Source: Vitrella brassicaformis CCMP3155
Lineage: Eukaryota > Protista > Chromerida
NCBI GenBank assembly: GCA_001179505.1
Contig: CDMY01000242.1
Location: forward strand, 62,001-126,000
DNA length: 64,000 bases
Direction of reading: 5' to 3'
Positions 37,108 to 48,289 of the stretch are shown here, piece after piece (positions within the stretch are counted from its first letter, which is position 1; the number at the start of each line of letters is the position of its first letter). The notes beneath the pieces were generated by a model that saw only the letters and a list, made by a program, of their open reading frames with translations, was not told the origin of the DNA and ran no database searches. The position numbers and the translations under genes were made by a program.

Positions 37108-38020
37108 GGGACCCCACGCGAATGAGTGTCGTCGAACTGTTACGAGGGGGGAGGGGCCCCCGAGTAATGGGAGGCGATCGGCCAGACGGAGAGCATAGGA
37201 AAATGGCGGGCAACAAATATACACAGTTTGTCGAGAGTGATTTTTGGTCGCCTTGAGGTTGAGTGAGGTTGAGTACGTATCGCAGAAGGGCTGGACAAGA
37301 GGAGACGGCAGAGGTTTCGGCAGAATTCACGTGTGGCGCACAGAAACTGGCTTAGTTCCAAGTTTATCGTTCTGTTTGCTGAGTGCATGCGGCGAGTGTT
37401 GGGGAATAGGAAGCCTGCAATTACAAAGCCTTCGACGAGAGGAGCGATGCAATCCCCCCGGGCCTTAAAGGGCAGACGTGTAGGGATTCGAGGCAGACGA
37501 TGATGCATAGGACGACGAGCGTATGTCGGTAGGACGGCAGGCATTGGTATCGGTGGGTCTTTGCAAAGGGAGACTGCGCGCTGTCATGATGCGGAGGCGT
37601 GTTATGGGGGCGTCTTGCCTCAGAAGTGGACTGACCTTTTTGTGTGGTTCAAGCTGTTTCAGTGACCGTTGTCGTCTTGTGCGGTGACTTGTGGCTCGAG
37701 AAACTTGTGTATATATATGCTCAGTCGCCCTCAAAATACGCCGGAAGATGTCCAGAGAGTACCTCAGTCTCTCACTGATTTCGCATCGTCAACGCACGTT
37801 CGACTTGCGCCTGCATCTGCGTAGGCCGCAGACGTATAGAGTAATTACGTACGGTCATCTTTGCATTGATTGATTTATCGTATTGCGTTCGCAGGATATC
37901 GATCAGATAGATCATCGGCATTCGTTGCCATGTGGTGAAGGTGAAGCCTACACAACCACACAACCGTGCGCTGCAGATGTGGATGTGTGTGTGTGTGTGT
38001 GTGTGGTGTCTTTCAGCCTT

Positions 38021-41000
38021 ATGGAGAATGATCAGCTGTCACTGTCTAGTGGCGATTTCGTTGACGGATCGTCGGACTCGGATGATGATTTGTCGGCTGG
38101 TAACCGTCACGAGTCAGATGATGATTTTGTGCCCGAGACGTCGAACGAACCTGAGGAGTTTCAGACTGATGCGGCAGACCACGATCCTGAAGATGGGGAA
38201 CAGCATGAGGAAGAGGAGCCATCTGATGAGCCAACAGCAGCGGCCGGCACTGGCAGGTCACAGCCATGTTGTCTCAATTGTGGGCTTCCTGGCCACAATT
38301 GTCGTACCTGTCCACTGGTGTGTCAATTGTGCGAGGACCCGGAATGCCCGAAGGGCCGCCGCTGCCCTAAGTTCAATCAATATCGGGCTTATCGACGCCC
38401 TGCAGTGCAACGACAGCAGCGTTCAGCAACCACCACTCGGTTCGTTCTCGACGACGCAGCAGCCAACCATGCGTTTGCAAGCGGCTGCTGTCACAATTGC
38501 GGTGGGGTGCCCATTCAAGGCTACCACATTCCGATGGTGCTATTGTCGGTGCCTTTGAGTGCTCTTCGGCATCGAATGTGGCAGGAATCGCGAAGTGGTT
38601 TCCTTGGTCGCTTCGAGAGGATGCAAAACATCCGGCAGGCCGAGTACCAGCTGTGTGAGGAGTGCGCTTGTCACCTGTCGACTATGGATGGCCATCCGGC
38701 ATATCGAAGTGTGAAATGCACGAGCTGGAGTGTGATGTGGCCCGCCGTGATTGCAGATAGCATCGGCAGAGGATCGATTGCGGATGCGATGAAGGTGTTG
38801 GATCTTCCGCCGCCATCAGTCACGGCATTTTGGGCGTCTGCTGCGCAGTTTTTCGACGTGTATAGCTTCCAGCATGGCCAGAGGGTGCTTCTGTCGTCTA
38901 TTGGCCTCTTCGGTGCCGTCCCGATGTAAGTGAGTGAAGTCTCGGTTGATATGATGTCCACACTGTGTCTCTATGCAGTCATCCTATGAATCGACAGTCA
39001 GTGTTTCGAGACATGACAATCGAGAGGCCAGCGGCTATCGATGCGATAGAGGGCCCCGCTCGCGACAAGTATTTGCAAGCGCGTGAGGCGTTTGACAAGC
39101 ACCTTTTCGAGGTACGATATAATTTCGGGTATCCACGTTCGAGACGATGTGGGTCTGTGTGTGTGTGTGTGTGTATGTATGTGTGTGTGTCATCCAGGTG
39201 CGGTGCCCTCTGGGCTGTTGGGAGTTCATCGAGAAGACGTGGGTGCATCCTTTGGGACAAGTGTGGCATCTTGTCGATCGCAGCTACAGCGGGAAGCACA
39301 CCATCGTGACGGACGGCTTTCGCACAGACTGGCTATCTTCGGATATCGACCCGCGATTCTTCTCGTGGACGGTGACGCCGTGTCTCGTTTGGGACCGCAA
39401 GTTAGGCTTGGCCTACTGTTCCTGTCACGAGCATCCAAACATGAGGGAAGTGGGCAAGAGGTTCTTCTTCCACGTCCCGAGAAACCCCTTCATGCCCGGC
39501 ATCGTGACTCCTACGGATGCCGACCGCCTTGCAAGAGTCGTCGCGCAGCCTCACTACTTCAAGTCCCGGCGTGTTGGGCCAAATTGTGCTACGACGAGCA
39601 TGTTGCATCTCAATGTAAAGTACGATGGTGTATCGTCCTTCAGTTTGGCGTTACGGGGCCGATTCGATCGTCGAGATCCTCGTCTCTATGCTCTGGAAGG
39701 GTCCATGTTGAGCTGCCATCGCCAGCTGCGTGAATATCATCTTGTGGATGAGGACCCTGATCACGTCTTTTGGGTCGAGGAGCAGATGGCGGGCTACAAG
39801 CGAGAGTATGCAGCCGAGTCGGCTCGCGCGGCTCGTGAGCCTTTTCATGGTGTAGAGGGCTGTGGAGGTACTTATATGCCGCTGAGCGATGCGCAAGATG
39901 ACTTCACTGCCTTTATGGCCACGGACTCTATCGATGCGGACGATCGAAACCAGCCGAGACATCAGGGAGATCAGTCGGGCGCCCGGCAGAGGCAGGATGA
40001 AGGACAAGATGATGATAATGATAATGATGGTGATGCTGATCGTCCGGGCGATGTTGACAATCGACCTGATGGTCGCCGCCATCAGCCATCCCAGCGGCCC
40101 ATCATCCTCAGGCCCCTGTGTCTCGTGCATCCAACGACGCCCCACGGAGCGACTGTCCGCCCTATCCCATGTCTGAATCATCCGTTTGGCGACCTCTATC
40201 TATTTGCCCGACTTGTGACAATGTCGCCAGCATTGTGGCGCTCCATGATTCAGTGTGTGAGACAGATACAGCCACCATCGAGGCCTCGCGATGGTGCGTC
40301 ATTGGATTCCAACGCCCACCCATCTGCCGTCGATGTTCACGTTGGAGAGCGGCGGTGGCTGACTGACGCTGTCAAGTTTGTTACGAGCATCGTCGAAAAG
40401 CAGGCAGCGAGCAGTGTCCGGCAGCATGGGAGAGGGCGACATATGGCCACCAGCTTCCCCAATTTTACATCCGCATTCATGAACGCGCCTGGTCGACAGC
40501 CCTTTTCACCCAACATGGTCCTGAGTGGGATGATGTCTTGGGAGAGTGTGCTGAATGTGCCGTGGTTGGGTTCGCGAGGCGAGGGTGTCTCACTTGAAAG
40601 CATTCGGCATAGCCTCGGAATCAGCCTGCAGAGCCAGAGCCAGTTTTCACGCGACTTGAGGACGGCGCATTTGCAGAGCTTGCCGGCGCCGTCGGTGTTG
40701 CCGAAGGTGTTGTTTTTTATGAACAGTCAACGTCCACAAGGGGATGGTGTTTCATCGGGTGAGTCAACAATAGAGGTGATTGGTGTGGCATCTTTTCACA
40801 CGACTTTGAATTCTGCAGACGCATTGGAGCGAATCGTCACGACCTTTGATTTTCGCAACCAGCAGGCCTACGATCTTGTCGGTATCGTCTCTGTGCTCCC
40901 TCGTGATGCAACTCATCGTCTAACACGTGACGAGCTGCGCTATGGAGCTGCCAGCTATCAGGCAGCAGCCCTTCTGCGGTGGGGCGCTGACCATCCTGGC

Positions 41001-42077
41001 TGGTGGTTTGCCAAAGACGGCCGACAGCCTCAGCGCGCATGCAGTCTCTCAGCTGAGACACAAGCCAAAGAGTGTGCCCGGCAGGTCCTTTCCTCTTGGA
41101 CTACGATGATGTTTGTGCGTCGAGCTGCTCAGGTCCCGGACGACATGCTTGAGCGGCAACGGGAGCTTCTTGCTGGCCAGTCCGTCGTCAAATGTCGAGA
41201 TCATGATCGTTACTTTCTCGTGGCCGTCTCCCCCAAGTCTCCGCTGCAGGAGGTGTTGTCGTGCTGCTGGCCGCCCTTCGATGCCAGTCAAGACAGTGTC
41301 CGTGTGCGCCCGGCGACTTGCAATGCCAAAGTCGTCCGCTACTCATGCCCTCACAAGTCCTTTTGGGGGAGCTCTATGGGGCGGTGTTGCCTGGTCGACC
41401 TCTGCGCAAAGCATTTCAATCAGCTGAGCACGGAAGTGGCATTCTCTGACGGCAGCGATGGCATGTCTCGGTCGATGTGTATGCGGCCACGGCCTGAGCC
41501 CCAGCCTCGTACATCGCAACCCAACACATCAGCAGCTGCACGAGCCGCCCCGCCGTCCACGCACCCAGCAGCACCCCCACCACCCGCACAAGCTGACGAT
41601 TCAGGTGACGATGAAGAGGAGGCGGTCCATGCGGAGCAAGAGTGGGAGCAGATCAATCAGGCGCTGCGCCAGGAGCCTTTGGATGAGAAGCCCTTCGGTC
41701 CGCAAGACGCAGATGAGGAGGCGGAACATGCGACATGGCAGCAGCTCGTGGATGATGCGGTGACCAACGTGGGACCAGTTGACTTCGGCACCGACAGCGC
41801 CGCCAAGGACCGCTACCTAGACACCGACAGCAGTCAACATGCTCTGTATGCTGTGAGCCCGTCTGGCGATCGCATCTGGGCTCACTGCGTCTTGAACCAC
41901 TATCTGAGGCTACGCCGTGTTGTCGGTGACCTCGTTCGAAAGCTTCTCGAACTCGGCAGCTATGTTCTGACTCGCACTGCACCTGTTGTCAATGGCGCAC
42001 CCATTGTTATGACGCAGATCTGCCAAGCCACCTGCAGCCTCTCTTTCGGCGGGTGCGTGCGTACCATTTCCGGATGA
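38021..42077 (+). CDS. ~1305-aa protein: acidic N-terminus, CCHC zinc knuckle, several Cys clusters, degenerate USP-like segment
   Basis: Exons 38021-38925, 38979-39111, 39198-42077 join in frame (3918 nt). CLNCGLPGHNCRTC is CX2CX4HX4C at 38270-38311. Confidence 0.8.
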
Positions 42078-42426
42078 AGGCGATGACGACCAGCTTGTTT
42101 TCGTCCTTGACCGCCTCTGACACGAACAACAGACATGGAGGGCTGGAACCCACCGTCCTTCTACATCTCCTCTTACTAAGCGCTGCACAATTGCGGATCG
42201 TTTTAACCGGCATCGTGGCGTGATGCCGTCCTGCTTCTTTCTCTTCGTCCCCCCGTTGCGAGCCTCACTCTGAACTCGCATCGCTTTTCTTCGTCTCGTT
42301 CATTGATGTATGTCCGCGCTTTTCACTCTCGTCTCTCCACTACACATCCAACGCTAGCACTGCAGATACAAGCCTGCATCATGTGGACGTAAAGGTATAT
42401 GTTGGTTGGCAACAGAGATATGTAGC

Positions 42427-42575
42427 GAAACAGAGACACGTTAAGCTTTCGTGTGCATCCATCAGACGAACACTCACGTGTGAGTCAATACGTAACACGC
42501 AATACGAAACAGTGTCAAACACGCTAAACTTTCGTCTGCATCCATCAAACAAACACTCATGTGTGAGTCAATACG
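42427..42575 (+). repeat. Two imperfect ~80-bp direct repeats, each with an ACTCAY-GT-GTGAGT near-palindrome
   Basis: gaaacag..ctttcgt.tgcatccatca.ac.aacactca.gtgtgagtcaatacg starts at 42427 and again at 42506. Confidence 0.9.
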
Positions 42576-42617
42576 ACACAGTGAAAACCAAGCGGGGGGG
42601 GAGGAAGACACAATGTC

Positions 42618-42764
42618 AATTCGCCCGCTGCCGTTCATCCGCCGCGAGCTCCGCCAAAGCTCGCCGCCATCCTCTTCGATCCACTGCTGGCATCTGCTGA
42701 GGTCGGCCGCCGGACCAGAGAAGGCGATGGCCAACCACAGACACGCAGCACTGCAAGCGATGCC
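42618..42764 (-). pseudogene. Internal TLDc fragment
   Basis: GIACSAACLWLAIAFSGPAADLSRCQQWIEE..NGSGRI aligns with GIACGHLWLG..GPAADLSRC of the 45332 gene. Confidence 0.7.
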
Positions 42765-42769
42765 AGAGT

Positions 42770-43127
42770 GTCCACTGCTGCGTGTCCACCAGCCAGACGG
42801 ACTTCAGCTGTCATTCATCTCATTTGCTGTGCTGTGTGTTGTCAGGCCAGCTTGGCGCATCCTTTGTCCGGATGGCGTCTGGCGTGGCAGGAGAGGGCTC
42901 TCCAACTGAGCGTGTTTGGCCACGAGTGAGCGCCCCAGCCGAGTGCGGAGAACGGCAGTCGAGAGGTCTATCTGCCTGAGGAACGTTGCTGTGCATCTGA
43001 GGATGCCGACCTCCCTGTCTTCGTGGATGGCGTCTCGCTTCTCGCGATGGATGAAATCTATCGATTCGTTCCCTCTTGCCGGAGGGATGGGCTGCCGGCT
43101 GCTGGGCACCGTCACATCATTCCCCAT
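42770..43127 (-). pseudogene. Truncated inverted paralog of the 43273-44797 gene, fused to a TLDc fragment
   Basis: MGNDV..ESIDFIHREKRDAIH..VLRTRLGRSLVAK..AQLESPLL..VWLVDTQQW matches MGNSH..ESLDFLHKADRDALH..VLRTRLNRCLVAK..AQLESPLL..IWLVDTQQW. Confidence 0.7.
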
Positions 43128-43272
43128 CGCCTCACATCCGCCACCTCTGCGAGATCAAATGGCAGGAGCGATCGCGGCAAGAGGGAGAAAAAAGGGAAGG
43201 AAACAGGCCACCTGTTCATCTGTCAGCGAGTCGGTCGCTGAGCAACTGATTTCATCCGTGAGTCGCCGGAAG

Positions 43273-44797
43273 ATGGGCAATAGCCACACTGCGGACAGAT
43301 CTGGCGCCACCATCAATGACGAGTCACTTGATTTCCTCCACAAAGCCGACAGGGACGCCCTCCACACGTATGTATGCGAAGCACAAGCACCCGGCGATAA
43401 AAGAGCTCCATGAGCGCACTTGGGTCTGTGTATGCTGTGTGTGTGTGCAGCCGGTTTGAGGTCGGCAGCCTCAGAGCTACGGCGCATTTCCTCTGGGAAG
43501 TCGACTTCTCGCCATATGTCCTCCGCACCCGACTCAATCGCTGCCTCGTGGCCAAGGGATTGCAGGCCATCATCGCATTTGACGCTCAGCTGGAGAGTCC
43601 TCTGCTGCTGAAGGCCATCTGGCTGGTGGACACGCAGCAGTGGACCGAGGTGGTCAACGCGCTGAAGTTGGCGGCGCAGCTCGGCTTCTGCACTCTGCCG
43701 GTCACCATCAGTTTGCAAGACATCCAAAGGCACACGACCAAACAGGTGGCCGGGACGGAGGGCAGAGGCCAGGAGGGATGGCTCGATAGCTGTGTGGTGT
43801 GTCTGTTGCTGCAGGCGTATTTGGCCGAGCCGCGTGTTTTGGCGCTGTGGAAGATGATCGGTCGACACGTCGTCTTCGGCGGCAACTACGGCCGTTTTGA
43901 GCTGTTCGACCAGCAGGGCGGCGTGCGCGCCCTGCGTGACGAGCCGGGCTACGAGCTGTCCATCAATCCCCCCCTCCCCGCCACCCACCCATTCCACCCT
44001 CACACCATCAACGACAACCCGCCCGTCAGTTCCTTAATCCACCTGAAGGGGGGCAGCTGGACGTCACTACCGGACTTGGCCACTTTTGCCTCGGCGTCGG
44101 CGTTCATCATGCGCATCATCATCGCGATGGCCCTTCCAGTGGAGAATTGGGGCAAAACTCCTTGGGTTCACGGGAACCGGTACACATGACACACCACACT
44201 CAGACACACAGATCCATTTATGACGGCCTCTCCTCTTTGTGTTTGTTTCTTCAGGCATGCTCACGGCGGTGTGCTGGACGGCCCCCTCAACCACTCGCCC
44301 CACCAGCCGCCCGACGGATGCACAGCCGTCGTGGCGTTCAGGATGGACGATATGAATCCCCCTCTAGAGGGTCGCCTTCTGCTGCTGACCTCGTTCGACA
44401 TGCCATTCGTCGCATGGGTCGTTCTCGTCAGCCGTGCTGACACGAACATAGGTGAGACAGAGATGGCAGGTCCTCTGTGCTGATGATTGAGCCATTGTTT
44501 GACGTGTGGTGTTTCGCTGCATACAGTGGGTGTTTGTGTTTCCACCACTGAGCCGCCAGTGAGTGGTGCATCGGATACCTTCAAGGACCGCCGGCCGACT
44601 GCCGCCCCTCTGGTGCGCGGCCTGCTGAGCAACACCATCGCAGACATGATGATCTGCCAGAAAGAGAAAACTAAAGCAGTGAAGGTGGGTGCCTGTCAGA
44701 GTGGGGTGCAATGCGTGGTCCCTCATCCATCTCTCGGGTTTGGGTGTGTATATTGTGTTGTGTGCAGCCTGCAGGCGGACGAGGCGAGCTCTCGTGA
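43273..44797 (+). CDS. Lineage-specific hypothetical protein (repeated family), N-terminal MGN myristoylation-like start
   Basis: Long ORF 43410-44189 plus flanking exons with GT-AG junctions; a local paralog fragment supports coding status. No known domain recognised. Confidence 0.68.
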
Positions 44798-45331
44798 CGT
44801 GTGTGTAGTGTCCCCTTAGTTGGACCGGATGAGCGTGAGAGGGGCTGTGGCTGGTGCGTCACCGAGTCTATGGATGGATGGATGGATGTCGGTGGACGCC
44901 TCATGTGTGTGTACAGATCAACCATTGCATGCATGTTTGATACACTCTACACCGTCCACAAACCAATGAGTCGAGGGGTGGATAGTTGGATGGCTGCACA
45001 TGGGTTGATGGCCAGACAGACAGACAGACAGACATTTATGTCGTCATGACATGGCACGAATGAACGAATGAATGGGTCGTCAGCACATGCACCGTAGACA
45101 TGCAGGCAAATCCATACACTCAGTCCGTCAAAGAATGGCATGTGACTACTTACTACTTTGAGAGAGCGGTTGGGCCTCTGCTCTGCTCTGTGCGATCACC
45201 TCAACACATCCACTACCTAAACCACACCAACACAGACACACAGGAAACAGTGAGGGTATCACCGTCAGTCACGAGTGCCCTGCTCTTTTGCATACCTGCT
45301 GCGCCCGTGGTGTCTTCGACGTTAGGTATGG

Positions 45332-47413
45332 TCAGCCGGTGGAAATCTGCACATCCATCCATCCATCCACAGACACGCGGATCGACACTTCCACACAGAT
45401 GAGTGTGTGGTGACGGCCACCCACCTGCCAGATTTCCATCTCATCGCACGTGAAGGTCTCGGACTTCGCCAATGTGCCGTTGCCCGTGCTGTCCCTCCGT
45501 CCCCTGTACCCCTCCGAAAGGCACTCCTTATTGATGCCCTGGTGGCACCGACTGAGGTCGGCCGCCGGACCAGGCTGGCCCCACCCCAACCACAGGTGCC
45601 CGCAAGCGATGCCACCCATGGCCACTTTCGCACGGTAGTCCATATTGTGGGCCTTCACCACCCCCTGTGTGCCGGCCACCCCCACCGACTGCCTCCTCTC
45701 GGGCAGCTCGATCTTCGTCGGCGTCTCGTACGCACCCGACAGTGCATAGAAGAAGACGGGCGCCTTGTAGATGTTGGCCTTCGTGGGGTCCTTGGGCGGG
45801 TCGAGTGGGCTGTCGATGAAGCAGCCAAATCGGTGTGCGTCGCCATCTCGGAGGGCAAAGAGGAGGCCGCTCTTGCCCGCCACGCACTCGAGCATCTTAG
45901 GGAAGGCATACGTGTCGCGACTACCCCTGACGGACGACACACAACACACACACAGAGACCCGAAGGCAGATCTTTCAGGGCCCCCTCGTTGCTGTCTGTG
46001 TGTGTGGCTCGCTGACTTGTATACGAGTGACGGCATTGGTGAGGTCTTGCCCGTCATCTTGAGCAGCTCCGCCATCTCGTCGTCAGTCTCGATGACGAAG
46101 CCGCCCCCCGCCACGCCGCTGAAGAAGGGCTCGTACTTCAGCCCATACATCTCAGTGTCGCCCTGTATCTGCCTGCAGTTGCTCGCCGTCGGTGACTTGA
46201 CGATGCTGCCGGGCGGTGCGCACCGCCGTCTGCGGGCGAAGTCGATCACCTTCATGAGATGGTTGGGGCGGATGCACGACACACTCGAACCGCTGCAAGG
46301 AGGATGGGAAGGACGTACTTATGACGATTGTCCCTTTGGCTCGCTTGTGGTGTGTTGCCCACCTGTGGAAGGTTGTGTAGAGTCGTTTGTCGCGGCCAAC
46401 ACGCGCCAGTGTGGCCGCAGTGGTCGACACTGTCTTGTCCAGGACGCGCACACTCCTTATCTCGTCCACCCCTCCTCCCTGCCCCCCCTCCTCAGTGGCC
46501 AGCAGCGGCTTGACGGTCTTGTGGAAGTTGGCCAGGCCGCGCTGCACCTCGCCCAGCCGCCCCACTGACGCATCCAGGCTTGCAGTGCTGCTCTTGACTG
46601 TCGCCATGTGGTCGCCCTCCTCACCCTCCTTTCCCTCATCTTCATCGTCTTCCTCGCCCTCCTCGCCCTCCTCCTCCTCGCTCTCCAGCTCCAGTGCATC
46701 GAGTTGCATGTGGTCGTCATCGTTGGTGTGCGCGGCCGTTTCCGCGGGTGCGTCGATGTCGAGGCCGGTCTTGGTTGTGAAGAGGAGATGGTGCCAGAAG
46801 AGGGATGAGCTGTCGGTGTCGTGTGGAGGGGTCAGGAGGATCTCGTGGCTCTCGCCCTGGGCGTCAGCAGCACCGACACCGGTGACCTCGTCACGCAACC
46901 CGGTGAATGAAAGAACAGGCAACGCACAGCATGCATTCGGCTAATTCTATGTGAGTTCATCTACCCTCTCCCCCCACTCTCGACCCACCATTCCATATAC
47001 ACTGGATCAGCGTTGAGGAATGGCCGGCCCTCTGCGTCCTTGGGCAGCCCATCCAGATGGTACAGCAGCAGGTATGCGATGATGCTCTCACTCACGCCGG
47101 GCAGCAGCAGAGGCTTGCGCGGCACACACAGCACCGTCCCGCCCACATTGATCTCGATCTCCCCATCCAGTCGCCCCGTCACCATCAGCTGCCCTCCATT
47201 CCTCGTGATTAGGTCCTTGATCGTCTTGGCTTGCTGCCGCAGCTTCTTGCGCATCTGTTTGGCTGATTTCTGTATGGCGGCGAGTGCCTCATCGGCCTCC
47301 TGCAGCTCTCTATCAATGGTCGGGCGACAGATGGACGGGAGGGGCTCAAAGTCATCGCTGCCGTCCGCAGGCGACTCGGGCGACTCCTGCGCCTTGCGCT
47401 TCTTCGCAAACAT
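45332..47413 (-). CDS. BTB-TLDc domain protein
   Basis: EIEINVGGTVLCVPRKPLLLP..LPKDAEGRPFL (BTB), acidic linker, second BTB-like region (KVIDFARRRR), and TLDc GSRDTYAFPKMLECV..FTCDEMEIWQV. Confidence 0.85.
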
Positions 47414-48289
47414 GGTGAACTTAAACGCGCCGAAGGAGAAGGTCACCGGCGGGAGCGGTTCACCAAAGGATCGGAGGTCGAGAGAAACAGAACAGCCGTT
47501 GAAAAAGATGTCGATATCTGACGTGTACAGAGAGATAGACAGGGCGCTTGACCTGCTCAACCATATCATCGACCGCAATGGACATCACAACCAAGAAAGA
47601 TGGGTACTAAGCAACGGAGAAAACATACAGGCAAAGCAGCCGACCACTCACCGCCTCCCTTTCGCTGCCTGCTGGCTGATACTGCTGCAGTAACCCACCG
47701 TTCCATCGACGCATTTTACGTCCCTTCCCCTCCCAGGCCGCAGCCCCTTCTGCTGCCCAACCACGTGCACGACACACAGGGCCGCAACGTCGGTGACATC
47801 GGCTGCAATGTGGAGCACCTGAACCATCTCCTGTGGCAGCTGAGAGAGGGGGGAGGGGAGAGGGCTGAGCACAAGTCAGCTGTGTGGTCCCCCTCTTATC
47901 ATGGGAGGAGGCCGGTTGCAAGCGTGGAGATGGGTGTGGGTGGGGCTGCAAGTGCTTTGCAGTCTTATGTGGATGGGTATCGTGAGCAGCTGGCTGTGCT
48001 GGAGGAGTGGCATCGGCCACAGGAGGGCAGCAGCAGGGAGGGAGAAGACAGGGCGGGCGAGGAAAACAAGAGGGACACTCAGTGACCTGTCAGTGGCCTT
48101 GTGTATGTGATTTGTTCATTGTGTCTCTCTGGTCAGTAGCCATGGATGTAATTGACCTATGTACCTATGAATGTATGTATGTATGTCTGCATTAAGCAAT
48201 CATGCATATCATGACCTATGCATCCATCCATCCATCCATCCATATGACTCTACACGGACCAGTCGCTCATATCTACCCATCTACCCACA

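Larger units (their letters stand above)
37110..42600 (+). mobile_element. Probable truncated Helitron-like (rolling-circle) element or related insertion
   Basis: Microsatellite-poor block between two TLDc fragments; carries a long Zn-finger-rich ORF that ends abruptly; subterminal ~80-bp repeats. The family assignment is inference: no Rep HUH or helicase motifs are visible. Confidence 0.45.

Noticed and set aside
37110-37170. G/C hairpin (tacgaggggg..cccccgagta) as a Helitron 3' terminator
   Set aside because: Imperfect stem, no CTRR terminus at the expected distance, and orientation opposite to the ORF.
36997-42764. Single TLDc gene cleanly split by the element with a target-site duplication
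   Set aside because: The two fragments overlap by ~20 codons and differ in sequence; no exact target-site duplication.
47600-48100. ORFs between BTB-TLDc and the kinase
   Set aside because: No start or splice context and no motif; unsupported.
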